This document shows, one piece after another, positions 29,259-39,572 of a stretch of DNA of 64,000 nt. A program made the translations under genes and the position numbers. A model generated the notes under the pieces. The model did no database searches. It was not told where the DNA came from and was given only the letters and a program-made list of their open reading frames with translations. Origin of the DNA: Bacteroidota bacterium (GTDB taxonomy: Bacteria > Bacteroidota > Bacteroidia > Bacteroidales > VadinHA17). Each line of letters begins with the position of its first letter. Position 1 is the stretch's first letter. The stretch is from assembly GCA_037127735.1 (NCBI GenBank), contig JBAXXU010000010.1, positions 883 to 64,882 of the forward strand, given 5' to 3'.

Positions 29259-30807
29259 AAATGTTGATTTGACACTTGTTGACTGGTCAAGGGCGCAATT
29301 TGCACTCACTGCCGTTTACCACTGGTTATTTGTACCTCTTACGATTGGATTGTCTTTCATTCTTGCCATAATGGAGACAATATATGTCAGTACCGGTAAC
29401 GAAGAATGGAAACGTCTTACCCGGTTCTGGATGACTCTTTTTGGGATAAATTTCGCCATAGGTGTTGCAACCGGGATCATCCTTGAATTTCAGTTTGGTA
29501 CAAACTGGTCGAATTACTCCTGGTTTGTTGGCGATATTTTTGGAGCTCCGCTTGCTATTGAAGGCATCCTGGCATTCTTCCTCGAATCAACTTTTGTTGC
29601 AGTGATGTTTTTCGGCTGGAATAAAGTAAGTAAAAAATTTCATCTTACTTCAACATGGCTTGTTGCAATAGGGGCAAGTCTGTCAGCCCTCTGGATCCTT
29701 GTGGCCAACGCGTGGATGCAAAATCCTGTCGGAATGATATTTAACCCTGAAACAGCGCGAAATGAAATGGTTAATTTTCGGGCTATCCTCTTTAATCCGG
29801 TTGCTGTCGATAAGTTTCTGCACACTATTTCATCAGGTTTTCTTCTGGCATCAATGTTTGTCCTCGGTATAAGTTCATGGTTCCTGATCAGAAAAAGAGA
29901 AGAGCTTTTGGCCAGAAGAAGCATTCTTATTGCAGGAGTATTCGGACTATTATCTTCACTGATGGTTGCTTATACCGGTGACAAATCTGCAAGAACATTA
30001 TCAAAAGTCCAACCTGTTAAATTTGCATCCATGGAAGCCCTGTATGAAGGAAAAAGCAATGCCGGACTGATCGCCATCGGGATACTTAAAGACAGTGATA
30101 AAAAGATCGGAGAAAAAGGTATGAAGGAATTTGCTTTTAAACTGGAAATTCCAAATTTGCTTTCAGTACTGACAGGTGGCGACAAAAATGCCTGGGTTCA
30201 GGGAATTAAAGACCATGTGTCGGGTAATGAAAAAAGGGGGATAATGTCAGTAGCGGAAAAAATTGAGAGAGGCCGGTATGCACAGAATGTTCTGATTGAT
30301 TACAAAAGCGCCGGGGTGATGAATGACACCGGACAACTCGAAGCAATAGGAGCTATTTTCAAAGACAAAGAATTCCAGAAAAACTATTTTAGATATTTTG
30401 GCTATTCTTCTATTTCTAAACCTGAAGATGTAATACCTAATGTGCCGGTAACATTTTATTCTTTTCACCTCATGGTACTGCTCGGATTTCTTTTTATAAT
30501 GATTTTTACAGCGGCTCTCTATTTTCTGTTCAGGGGAACAATTTCTGATAACAGATGGTTTTTATGGATAGCGCTTTTTTCAATACCTCTGCCTTATATT
30601 GCCGGTGAACTGGGTTGGATACTTACTGAAATGGGCAGGCAACCCTGGATTATCCAGGATCTTATGCCCGTATCAAAGGCTGTATCCCGGATAAACTCCG
30701 CATCGGTGATTACAACTTTTATTCTCTTTGGAGTTCTATTCACTGTATTGCTTATTTCGGAGATATCGATCATGGTTAAACAGGTCAGAACGGGGCCCAA
30801 ACATTAG
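29251..30807 (+). CDS. cydA: cytochrome bd ubiquinol oxidase subunit I
   Basis: 518 aa with a long Q-loop and the GRQPW motif. Confidence 0.95.
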   Translation: MIENVDLTLVDWSRAQFALTAVYHWLFVPLTIGLSFILAIMETIYVSTGNEEWKRLTRFWMTLFGINFAIGVATGIILEFQFGTNWSNYSWFVGDIFGAPLAIEGILAFFLESTFVAVMFFGWNKVSKKFHLTSTWLVAIGASLSALWILVANAWMQNPVGMIFNPETARNEMVNFRAILFNPVAVDKFLHTISSGFLLASMFVLGISSWFLIRKREELLARRSILIAGVFGLLSSLMVAYTGDKSARTLSKVQPVKFASMEALYEGKSNAGLIAIGILKDSDKKIGEKGMKEFAFKLEIPNLLSVLTGGDKNAWVQGIKDHVSGNEKRGIMSVAEKIERGRYAQNVLIDYKSAGVMNDTGQLEAIGAIFKDKEFQKNYFRYFGYSSISKPEDVIPNVPVTFYSFHLMVLLGFLFIMIFTAALYFLFRGTISDNRWFLWIALFSIPLPYIAGELGWILTEMGRQPWIIQDLMPVSKAVSRINSASVITTFILFGVLFTVLLISEISIMVKQVRTGPKH

Positions 30808-30819
30808 GAGGACGAAACA

Positions 30820-31950
30820 ATGACAATAATGATTTCCCATCTTTTCCTGCAGCATTACTGGTGGATAATAGTTTCACTGCTGGCAAGTCTCCTCGTTTTT
30901 CTGATGTTCGTGCAGGGCGGGCAATCTTTAATCTTTTCTCTTCCAAAAAACGAGCTTCAGAAATCAATGGTAGTTAATGCGATGGGCAGAAAATGGGAAT
31001 TCACCTTCACCACTCTTGTCACTTTTGGCGGAGCATTTTTTGCTTCATTTCCTCTCTTTTACGCGACAAGTTTTGGTGGCGCTTACTGGGTATGGATTGC
31101 TATCTTATTCAGTTTTACTATTCAGGCTATAGCTTATGAATTCAGGTCGAAACCGGATAATGTATTCGGGCAGAAGACATTCGATTTATTTCTTTTCCTG
31201 AATGGATCGCTTGGCCCGTTTCTTATTGGAGTAGCCGTTGCTACTTTTTTCACCGGCTCGCGGTTCAGTTTGAACACGATGAATCAGGTACAGTGGAAAA
31301 CACTCTGGTACGGGCTTGAAGCATTGTTGAATTTACGAAATCTTGCACTTGGTTTTGCAATATTGTTTCTTGCCCGGATTAACGGTTTGTTATATATCAT
31401 TAATAATATTGAAAATGAAGAACTAATCACGAGATCACGTAAAATATTGATATCTGATTCTGTCCCTTTTCTATTCTTCTTCCTGTTTTTTGTCATTTCG
31501 CTTCTCCTTTCAACAGGATTTGCCGCAGATCCTTCAACCGGTACTATATCGGTGGAAAAGTTTAAATATCTCCATAATTTTATACAGATGCCACTTGTAA
31601 TGATCATATTCCTGACCGGAGTTGCAGGGGTTTTGTTTGGTATTGGTATGTCAGTATTAAGGAATAGTGCCAGAGGGATATGGTTCACCGGAACCGGCAC
31701 TGTTCTTGCAGTATTTTCATTATTTCTGATTGCCGGCTTTAACGGGACTTCATTTTACCCATCTTCATACGATTTACAAAGCTCATTAACCATCAGGAAT
31801 GCATCTTCAAGCCTTTTCACCCTGAAGACTATGATGTATGTTTCATTTATTATCCCATTCGTAATAGCCTATATCTGGTACGCGTGGAAAGCAATAAATA
31901 GTACTAAAATAACAGAAGAGGAGATGACTTCAGATGAGCATAAGTATTAA
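30820..31950 (+). CDS. cydB: cytochrome bd ubiquinol oxidase subunit II
   Basis: 376 aa polytopic protein directly after cydA. GGAGG lies 8 nt upstream of the ATG. Confidence 0.9.
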   Translation: MTIMISHLFLQHYWWIIVSLLASLLVFLMFVQGGQSLIFSLPKNELQKSMVVNAMGRKWEFTFTTLVTFGGAFFASFPLFYATSFGGAYWVWIAILFSFTIQAIAYEFRSKPDNVFGQKTFDLFLFLNGSLGPFLIGVAVATFFTGSRFSLNTMNQVQWKTLWYGLEALLNLRNLALGFAILFLARINGLLYIINNIENEELITRSRKILISDSVPFLFFFLFFVISLLLSTGFAADPSTGTISVEKFKYLHNFIQMPLVMIIFLTGVAGVLFGIGMSVLRNSARGIWFTGTGTVLAVFSLFLIAGFNGTSFYPSSYDLQSSLTIRNASSSLFTLKTMMYVSFIIPFVIAYIWYAWKAINSTKITEEEMTSDEHKY

Positions 31951-32019
31951 GCCGGTTTGCAATAAAATATGCTTTATCTGTTTACGAAAAGAAGTTCCCC
32001 GAAAAGAGATCGTTATTGG

Positions 32020-32742
32020 TCAGAAGAGCAATGACAGGAAAGATGTTAAAATATATAAAGGTATTATCAGAGGGGCTGCTTTTATCCCGAAAACTGCAAA
32101 TGAGATAAGAACCAATCCGGCAAGAATAAATCTTCCCTCATTTCCCTTTACCTTCAGATGAGAAAACTTAAGTGAAAGCAATGATATCCTGCTGACCATC
32201 ATAAGCGATAATATAACTGTAAAAACGATCAGTAATATTGGTGATCCGGTAAATGAACTGAAAAGTGTTGATTGTGAGTAATGTCCTGCAATAACAACTG
32301 AGATCACTGCCAGTGCATTAGCCGGAGTAGGCAATCCTTTAAAAGTAGTTGCTTGTGTTGAATCGTTATTGAATATCGCGAGCCGCAAAGCTGCACATAC
32401 AGGCATTAAAACAGGAGTTATCAGGATTAGTGTAAGTTTTACACTATCAGAATCAGACATCATTGGTCCAAATAATGACAGAGAATCATCAAGTATCTTA
32501 TAGATAATCAGCCCGGGTGCAACCCCGAAGCTTACAACATCAGCAAGGCTGTCGAGTTCTTTCCCAATGGCGGAATATGCCTTCAGTAATCGTGCTGAAA
32601 ACCCATCAAGAAAATCGAATATCATTGCTGCAAGTATCAGCCATGAAGCAGTTACCAGATCTCCATTAGCAGCATAAATAATTGCAAAAAAACCTGCTGC
32701 CAGATTAAGCGAAGTAATAAAGTTAGGAATATGTTTCATCAT
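32020..32742 (-). CDS. pssA: CDP-diacylglycerol--serine O-phosphatidyltransferase
   Basis: 240 aa with the CDP-alcohol phosphatidyltransferase motif DGFSARLLKAYSAIGKELDSLADVV. Confidence 0.9.
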   Translation of the reverse strand: MMKHIPNFITSLNLAAGFFAIIYAANGDLVTASWLILAAMIFDFLDGFSARLLKAYSAIGKELDSLADVVSFGVAPGLIIYKILDDSLSLFGPMMSDSDSVKLTLILITPVLMPVCAALRLAIFNNDSTQATTFKGLPTPANALAVISVVIAGHYSQSTLFSSFTGSPILLIVFTVILSLMMVSRISLLSLKFSHLKVKGNEGRFILAGLVLISFAVFGIKAAPLIIPLYILTSFLSLLF

Positions 32743-32829
32743 GAAATGAACTAATGTAATTCAGTAGGGGAGTAAAATTAAGAAAATCTTCTCTCTTTTA
32801 TTATTAGATTTGCATTATTAATACAGGAC

Positions 32830-33294
32830 ATGATGATTGATTTCACAAACATAAAGATTGCAGTAGATTTTGATGGAACCATAGTTGACCACGAGTATCC
32901 TGAAATTGGTAAAGAGAAGCTATTTGCTTTTCGGACTTTACTGGAACTTGGAAAAGAGGGAGCCAGACTTATCTTATGGACTTTCCGCACCGGCAAGGAG
33001 CTTGAGGAGGCCGTGGAGTTCTGCAGGAAAAGAGGTATTGAGTTTTACGCGGTAAATAAAAATTACCCCGAAGAGATATTTGATGAAACGGTGAGCCGGA
33101 AGATCAACGCGGATATTTTTATTGATGATAAGAATGTGGGAGGCTTCCCGGGGTGGGGCGAGATATGGCAGATACTTTTCCCATACGAACTTCTGCAGAA
33201 AGAGGCCGAAAGGAAAATAACGTCAGCGCGAAGGAATATCATTAAACGTTTACTCAACGGAAAAACCATGACAAATGAGAACGGATTATCCTAA
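32830..33294 (+). CDS. hypothetical protein, HAD-like DxD N-terminal motif
   Basis: 154 aa with IAVDFDGTIVDHEYPEIG. No further assignment. Confidence 0.35.
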   Translation: MMIDFTNIKIAVDFDGTIVDHEYPEIGKEKLFAFRTLLELGKEGARLILWTFRTGKELEEAVEFCRKRGIEFYAVNKNYPEEIFDETVSRKINADIFIDDKNVGGFPGWGEIWQILFPYELLQKEAERKITSARRNIIKRLLNGKTMTNENGLS

Positions 33295-34396
33295 ATACAT
33301 CATTTTCTTTTTAGTGATGCTCCTGTTGACATGGATTTTATCATGTTCGGGACGGCCCGGGAAACAAACAGAAACAGGAGTACCTCAAGTCTCGGTGTCT
33401 GCCGAAGAATCAGCGGCAAAACTAATTAAAATGATTTCGCCTGAAGAGAATACCGGTTTCAAACTTCATGATCCTGTTAAGGTAATTCTGGCGCTTGAAG
33501 ATAAAAATAATCTACCCGACTCGGTGGTGATTTTTTTTAATGGGAAAGCTGTAACAACTCTTAAATCAGAACCATGGGAATACTCTGTTCCTTCGGTTTT
33601 TACCATCACCACCGGGAGAAAATCATTAAAAGCGACAGCTTATAAAGGTGGAAAACCGCGGAACACCATTACTCGTTTCATGATAATCTATTCTGATATT
33701 ATTCCCAAAAGGAACGGTTATAAAGTTATTCATACATATCCTCACGACAAGGAGGCATTTACCCAGGGTCTGGTTTACGACAAAGGCGTATTCTTTGAAG
33801 GAACGGGACAGAACACCGGATCAAGTCTGCGCGAGGTGGAACCGGAGACAGGCAGGGTTATAAGGCAACATAATCTTGATGCCTCATTATTTGGCGAGGG
33901 TATCGCGCTGTACCGCGACAGGATATACCAGGTGACATGGGAGAATAAAGTTGGATTTATTTATGAGAAATCAACTTTTAATGTGATTAATAAGATATAT
34001 TATGCTTCACAAGGCTGGGGTTTGACAAATGTTAATGATAAGATAGTAATGAGCGACGGAACAAATGGCCTCTATTTTTTTGAAGCGGAGATGTTTACCG
34101 TTATATCAAGAATTGAAGTTTATGATAATGAGAAGAAAGTTGACCAGCTTAATGAACTGGAGTATATAAATGGTGAGATATGGGCCAATATCTGGATGAC
34201 TGATCTTATTGCACGGATTGATCCTGTAAGCGGAAAAGTTATTGCCTATATTGATTTGAAAGGCATTTTGCCACCATCGGAGCGAAACTCAGATACTGAT
34301 GTTTTAAATGGCATTGCTTACGATCCGGTAGCGGAAAGAATATTTGTTACAGGAAAGAAGTGGCCAAAGCTTTATGAGATAAGGGTTACTGAATAA
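33275..34396 (+). CDS. glutaminyl-peptide cyclotransferase (beta-propeller, plant-type), predicted lipoprotein with an extra N-terminal domain
   Basis: 373 aa with lipobox LSC, and blocks HDKEAFTQGLVY, GTGQNTGSSLREV and ELEYINGEIWANIW. Confidence 0.8.
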   Translation: MRTDYPKYIIFFLVMLLLTWILSCSGRPGKQTETGVPQVSVSAEESAAKLIKMISPEENTGFKLHDPVKVILALEDKNNLPDSVVIFFNGKAVTTLKSEPWEYSVPSVFTITTGRKSLKATAYKGGKPRNTITRFMIIYSDIIPKRNGYKVIHTYPHDKEAFTQGLVYDKGVFFEGTGQNTGSSLREVEPETGRVIRQHNLDASLFGEGIALYRDRIYQVTWENKVGFIYEKSTFNVINKIYYASQGWGLTNVNDKIVMSDGTNGLYFFEAEMFTVISRIEVYDNEKKVDQLNELEYINGEIWANIWMTDLIARIDPVSGKVIAYIDLKGILPPSERNSDTDVLNGIAYDPVAERIFVTGKKWPKLYEIRVTE

Positions 34397-35339
34397 TACT
34401 GGTTCCGTAAACAATATTAATACCGGCAGGGATAATACTGAATTCTGCCGGAGTATGGCCCAGAGATTCGCCATCAGCCTCCGCGTAAAGTAGCGAATCA
34501 GAACTGACTTTTATGTTTTTGCATTTATACCCGTCAACTTTGGGATGGTTGAGAATTGTTCCATCATATAATATTTTCAGGTTCCTGATTATTTCAAGTT
34601 TACCCATACCGTTTATTACTGTTATATCAAGAACTCCATCATCAGGTAAAGCATTGGGTGTCTGTCTCATACCTCCTCCACAAAACTTCCCGTTACCAAC
34701 ATTGATCGAAAAAACATCCGCGATGATTTTTTCCCCGTCAATAATTAATTCAGCTTTAGTGTTTTTGTACGAAAAAAGACTCATAAGCAGGTTGTAGAAA
34801 TAAATCAATTTGCCACTTCGTCCTTTGTCCTTCTGGATATTTGTTCTTCTGACCACCACCGATTCAAATCCCAACCCGGCTATATTGATAAAATATCTTT
34901 GATTTTTCTCGGTTCCATTATAAAAAATAACCAGTCCGACATCATGTGCCATAACTTTATTATTCCTGATTATCTTAATGGCTTTTTCATAATCAAGAGG
35001 AATTCCGAACATTCTGCCCCAGTCATTTCCAGTACCTACGGGTATCAACGCGAGTGAAATATCGTTGGTGGGGCATACAGCGTTTAGAAAAACTCCGTTA
35101 ACAACTTCATTCAGAGTGCCATCGCCACCCACAGTAATAATCTTCCTGAAACCGGCATCAATTCCCTCCATTGTTAAATCAATGGCATGACCTTTTTTCT
35201 CAGTAAATTTAACAGTGAATGGCAAATCTTCTTTTTTTAGAAGTGCAGATATCTTGTTCCAGTCCTTTTTTCCTTTTCCGTTACCGGCATTCGGATTTAC
35301 TATGACCAGCCATTTTTCCTGATTGAATTTTTGGTTCAT
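34386..35339 (-). CDS. diacylglycerol/lipid kinase family protein (YegS/BmrU-like)
   Basis: 317 aa with ITVGGDGTLNEVVNG. Confidence 0.85.
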   Translation of the reverse strand: MNQKFNQEKWLVIVNPNAGNGKGKKDWNKISALLKKEDLPFTVKFTEKKGHAIDLTMEGIDAGFRKIITVGGDGTLNEVVNGVFLNAVCPTNDISLALIPVGTGNDWGRMFGIPLDYEKAIKIIRNNKVMAHDVGLVIFYNGTEKNQRYFINIAGLGFESVVVRRTNIQKDKGRSGKLIYFYNLLMSLFSYKNTKAELIIDGEKIIADVFSINVGNGKFCGGGMRQTPNALPDDGVLDITVINGMGKLEIIRNLKILYDGTILNHPKVDGYKCKNIKVSSDSLLYAEADGESLGHTPAEFSIIPAGINIVYGTSIIQ

Positions 35340-35544
35340 CTGTCGGTTTGGTTATGTACAAGACAAAGATGGAAATAAATTCGGTTAAGATTAACAAAAC
35401 AATCTGATAAATCCTAAAAGACAATAAATCAGTGAATTAATATTTTATTCTCAAAAAGCCCTGATGTTAATAAGATGTTGAAAACCCCGAAGAAAATGTT
35501 TACAATTACACCAAGCACTACCTTTTGCAGTAGCTCATAAATAG

Positions 35545-35552
35545 TAAATTTG
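35545..35552 (+). promoter_or_regulatory. candidate -7 promoter box (TAnnTTTG) for parAB
   Basis: taaatttg lies 37 nt upstream of the ATG at 35589. Confidence 0.4.
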
Positions 35553-35588
35553 GAACTCGAAATAACCTCAAATAATTTAAGAAAACAG

Positions 35589-36368
35589 ATGGGACGGATT
35601 ATAGCAATAGCGAATCAGAAGGGTGGTGTCGGGAAGACTACAACAGCAATAAATCTTGCGGCAAGTCTGGCTGCTCTTGAAAAGAAAGTTTTGATTGTTG
35701 ATGCCGATCCACAGGCAAATGCTACTTCAGGTATAGGTATTGATACTCGGCAGATCAGATGTACAATATACGATTGCCTGATAGACGGGAAAGAGCCCGG
35801 GGAGGCCTTAATGAGCTGTGAAGTTGAAAACCTTTCAATTATACCATCAAATATCGACCTGGTAGGCGCTGAAATTGAAATGCTCGACAGACCGGAAAGA
35901 GAAAAAATTCTTAAAGAGGTACTTAAAAAAATCAAAGAAGACTATGACTATATTCTTATTGATTGTTCACCATCGCTCGGCCTTCTTACTGTAAATGCAC
36001 TTACCGGAGCAGACTCGGTTATAATACCGGTACAGTGTGAGTATTTCGCATTGGAGGGGCTGGGTAAATTGCTTAATACAATAAAAATTATCCAGAATAA
36101 TCTTAATCCTGAACTTGAGATTGAGGGATTTCTCCTTACAATGTTCGACTCTCGCCTCAGATTATCTAACCAGGTTGCTGATGAGGTAAATAAGCATTTC
36201 CAGCAGATGGTTTTTAAAACAATCATTCAGAGGAATGTTAAGCTTTCAGAAGCGCCAAGCTTTGGTCAGCCTGCTATTCTTTATGATGCCGATTCGAGAG
36301 GTACGGTAAATTATCTTAATCTTGCCAAAGAGCTGATTGAGAAACAGGAAGCAAGAGTAAAACAGTAG
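35589..36368 (+). CDS. parA: ParA/Soj chromosome partitioning ATPase
   Basis: [19 protein letters not shown] deviant Walker A. I prefer the ATG at 35589 over the ORF-track start at 35550. Confidence 0.95.
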   Translation: MGRIIAIANQKGGVGKTTTAINLAASLAALEKKVLIVDADPQANATSGIGIDTRQIRCTIYDCLIDGKEPGEALMSCEVENLSIIPSNIDLVGAEIEMLDRPEREKILKEVLKKIKEDYDYILIDCSPSLGLLTVNALTGADSVIIPVQCEYFALEGLGKLLNTIKIIQNNLNPELEIEGFLLTMFDSRLRLSNQVADEVNKHFQQMVFKTIIQRNVKLSEAPSFGQPAILYDADSRGTVNYLNLAKELIEKQEARVKQ

Positions 36369-36399
36369 TTAACAGAACTTTTCAATTACGGAGACAGTA

Positions 36400-37287
36400 A
36401 TGAATATGACAAAGAAAAATGCGTTGGGAAGAGGTCTTGGCGCTTTGATTGATGGTGTGGAGAAAGAGGTACTTGAAAAAAAAGTTGAAGCCAATCTTGA
36501 TATCTCTGTCGATTCGATAGAAGCAAATCCTTTTCAGCCAAGGACTACTTTTGATGAACAGTCTCTTGAAGAACTGGCTTCATCAATAAAGAAACTTGGT
36601 ATTGTTCAGCCACTTACAGTACGCGAGACAGGCAGTGGCAGGTATCAGCTTATTGCCGGTGAAAGAAGGCTCCGGGCTGCGCGTCTTGCCGGGCTTGCCC
36701 ATGTACCGGCATACATCAGAACTGCTGACGACCAGGCTATGCTTGAACTGGCGCTGGTTGAAAATATTCAGCGCGAAGACCTTGATGCAGTGGAGGTTGC
36801 AATAAGCTTTCAGAGGCTTATTGAAGAGTGCAAACTTACCCAGGAGCAATTGAGTGACAGGGTTGGCAAACAGAGATCAACGGTAGCAAACTATCTCCGT
36901 CTTCTTAAACTGCCGGCCGAAATACAACTCGGGATTAAGAACAAGCGCCTGATGATGGGCCATGCACGCACACTTGTCAATATAGAAGATCCAAAAAGGC
37001 AAATCAATGTTTATTACCAGATAATTGATGGTGAACTATCTGTACGACAGGCAGAAGAACTGGTCAGACTATTGCAAACGGGAAAAAGTAAAGACCCCGG
37101 GAAAGTTGAAAAGAAGAAGAAGCTAAATGATGATTTCACTCAGCTTTCAAACCACCTTAATAAAATATTTTCAGCTAAAGTTAACTTCAGAATAAACGAA
37201 AAAGGGCAGGGGAAGATTGTTATTCCGTTTGAAAGCCCGGAAGAGATGGAGCGCATTTTAGGTATATTTGACCGCCTGAACTCCTGA
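36400..37287 (+). CDS. parB: ParB/Spo0J chromosome partitioning protein
   Basis: 295 aa with LGRGLGALI, QPRTTFDE and GERRLRAARLAG. Confidence 0.95.
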   Translation: MNMTKKNALGRGLGALIDGVEKEVLEKKVEANLDISVDSIEANPFQPRTTFDEQSLEELASSIKKLGIVQPLTVRETGSGRYQLIAGERRLRAARLAGLAHVPAYIRTADDQAMLELALVENIQREDLDAVEVAISFQRLIEECKLTQEQLSDRVGKQRSTVANYLRLLKLPAEIQLGIKNKRLMMGHARTLVNIEDPKRQINVYYQIIDGELSVRQAEELVRLLQTGKSKDPGKVEKKKKLNDDFTQLSNHLNKIFSAKVNFRINEKGQGKIVIPFESPEEMERILGIFDRLNS

Positions 37288-37351
37288 AAATAATTATCTT
37301 TATCGCATCATAATATTTGTACCGGAAGATAAAGAACGGTTTATTTTTATT

Positions 37352-37987
37352 TTGAAGGCTTTTCAAAAAATACTGATTATACTTATCCTGCAACTGTTAT
37401 ACATTCAGCAGAACAGTTTTGCACAGGATACTCTCTCTGTCAAAAAACCGGTAAAACATAAATTTCAGGCAGAATCGTTGAAAGCAACCATGATGGCTGT
37501 CGTGTTCCCCGGTCTGGGCCAGATATACAACAGAAAATACTGGAAGATCCCACTGGTATATGCAGGCTTCGGCGGTCTGATCTATAGTGTAGGTCGTAAT
37601 TCCTCGAATTATAACATTTACATGAAAGCTTATCAGGACTTTACAGATGCAATTCCGGGAACAAAGAGCTATCAGAATCTGATTTTAGCCGATCCTTCAA
37701 CTTATGATCCTGTTTTGTACCCAACATCTTATAATCCTTCTATTGCTTCTAATTATAAGGATGGAATGTTGCGGATGGTTGACTATTATAAAAGATATCG
37801 CGATCTTTCGTATATTGGCATCGCGGGATGGTATCTGTTATCGATCCTCGATGCTAATGTCGATGCCAGCCTTCTTAACTATGATATCAGTGATAATCTT
37901 GATATTGCAGTTGCTCCTATGCAGTTTACGATACCGGGTGGATTTACAGGAGCAGGATTAAATGTGAGCTTGAGAGTAACCTTTTAA
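37352..37987 (+). CDS. DUF5683-like envelope protein
   Basis: 211 aa with a signal peptide (SFA-QD) and the block VVFPGLGQIYNRKYWKIPLVYAGFGG. It occupies the conserved position after parB. Confidence 0.6.
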   Translation: MKAFQKILIILILQLLYIQQNSFAQDTLSVKKPVKHKFQAESLKATMMAVVFPGLGQIYNRKYWKIPLVYAGFGGLIYSVGRNSSNYNIYMKAYQDFTDAIPGTKSYQNLILADPSTYDPVLYPTSYNPSIASNYKDGMLRMVDYYKRYRDLSYIGIAGWYLLSILDANVDASLLNYDISDNLDIAVAPMQFTIPGGFTGAGLNVSLRVTF

Positions 37988-38001
37988 CAAAAATTATTAT
38001 T

Positions 38002-39558
38002 ATGAGATTTACAGTTTTACTTACAACTTTTTTATTCGCGGTACTGAATGTCAATGCCACTTCAGTTTCCGACACAATAATTATAAAGTCTGATATTGAT
38101 TCAGAAGAAATCACGGTAGATCTTGATAGCCTTGTTAATAACTGGTATGTAAAAATGGCGCTGCTGAATAATCCGGAAATATTTTCGAAGGATACAATAG
38201 GAATTGAATATCCTGATTCTGTGTATATTAACAGGTTGGCCAGAATCAATTCAATAGTCCATCTTCAGTATAACAGCATTATCAGAAATCATATTCATGT
38301 TTATACTGTCAAACAAAGAGATAAGTTCAGTGCGGTACTCGGATTACGTGATTATTATTTTCCCATGATAGAGGATATCTTTGATTCTTATGACCTTCCT
38401 ACCGAATTAAAGTACATGGCAGTAATTGAATCGGCGCTCAATCCGGGTATTGTTAACAGAAGGTCGGGAGCTACCGGTTTATGGCAGTTCATGTATAGTA
38501 CCGGACGTATGTACGGACTTACCATTAACTCACTTGTTGATGAGCGTAAAGACCCGATAAAGTCAACCCATGCAGCAGCTAAATATATTAAGGATCTATA
38601 TAAAATATATAACGACTGGATACTCGTCATTGCAGCCTATAACTGCGGACCGGGTAATGTGAATAAAGCGATCAGGAGATCGGGTAACAAGAAAGATTAC
38701 TGGGAGATATATTACAGGCTTCCGCGGGAGACAAGAGGCTATATACCTATGTATGTTGCTGCTGCATACGCTGTTAATTTCTACCCGGAACATAATATAA
38801 GGCCTTTACCTCTGAACATTCCTCTTGCAACCGATACAATAATGGTAAATAAGGATATACACCTGACCCAGATTTCGGAAGTGATGGGAATACCATTGGG
38901 TGAATTGCAGGCATTAAATCCTCAATATCGGACCGGCCTTGTTCCCGGTTCATCACGCCCACTTGCACTTAATTTACCAATGAACCATGTAGGCGATTTT
39001 ATTGATCTTAATGACACAATAAGAAATTATAAATCAGATGTTTATCTTAACAAAGCCACTCAAATTGCCGATCCTTCACACTCTTCGTACCTGCCGGCTG
39101 ATATTAAAGGCAAAACAAAACTTTTCTATACTGTGCACGATGGCGATAATCTTGGCTTCATTTCTGATTGGTACCGGGTTTCATTATCGGACCTGAGGTA
39201 CTGGAATAACACTTACCGTAACACTATAAGAGTAGGCCAGAAACTTGCAGTATATGTCGAACCGGGGAAATCGGAATACTTTTCAAAGATTAATTCAATG
39301 TCGTTTGATGATAAACAGAAGATGGCTGGAAAAACTGTCCCTGTAAATACACAGGCGCCGGCTGCTGTAGCTACTGTAGCTTCTGTTGAATCTGACGGAA
39401 CGTTTATTACATATACGGTACGCGATGGAGATACAATCTGGGATATAGTTAAGATGTATGACAACGTGACTACAAGCCAGGTGCTTGCATTGAATAATAT
39501 TTCAGAACCCGGGAAGATTAAGATTGGACAGATTCTGAAGATCAGGAAGAAGAGTTGA
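38002..39558 (+). CDS. lytic transglycosylase with C-terminal LysM domains (MltD-like)
   Basis: 518 aa with the SLT motif ESALNPGIVNRRSGATGLWQFM and two LysM-like repeats (YTVHDGDNLGFIS..., YTVRDGDTIWDIV...). Confidence 0.85.
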   Translation: MRFTVLLTTFLFAVLNVNATSVSDTIIIKSDIDSEEITVDLDSLVNNWYVKMALLNNPEIFSKDTIGIEYPDSVYINRLARINSIVHLQYNSIIRNHIHVYTVKQRDKFSAVLGLRDYYFPMIEDIFDSYDLPTELKYMAVIESALNPGIVNRRSGATGLWQFMYSTGRMYGLTINSLVDERKDPIKSTHAAAKYIKDLYKIYNDWILVIAAYNCGPGNVNKAIRRSGNKKDYWEIYYRLPRETRGYIPMYVAAAYAVNFYPEHNIRPLPLNIPLATDTIMVNKDIHLTQISEVMGIPLGELQALNPQYRTGLVPGSSRPLALNLPMNHVGDFIDLNDTIRNYKSDVYLNKATQIADPSHSSYLPADIKGKTKLFYTVHDGDNLGFISDWYRVSLSDLRYWNNTYRNTIRVGQKLAVYVEPGKSEYFSKINSMSFDDKQKMAGKTVPVNTQAPAAVATVASVESDGTFITYTVRDGDTIWDIVKMYDNVTTSQVLALNNISEPGKIKIGQILKIRKKS

Positions 39559-39572
39559 TTCTTTTCTAATAT

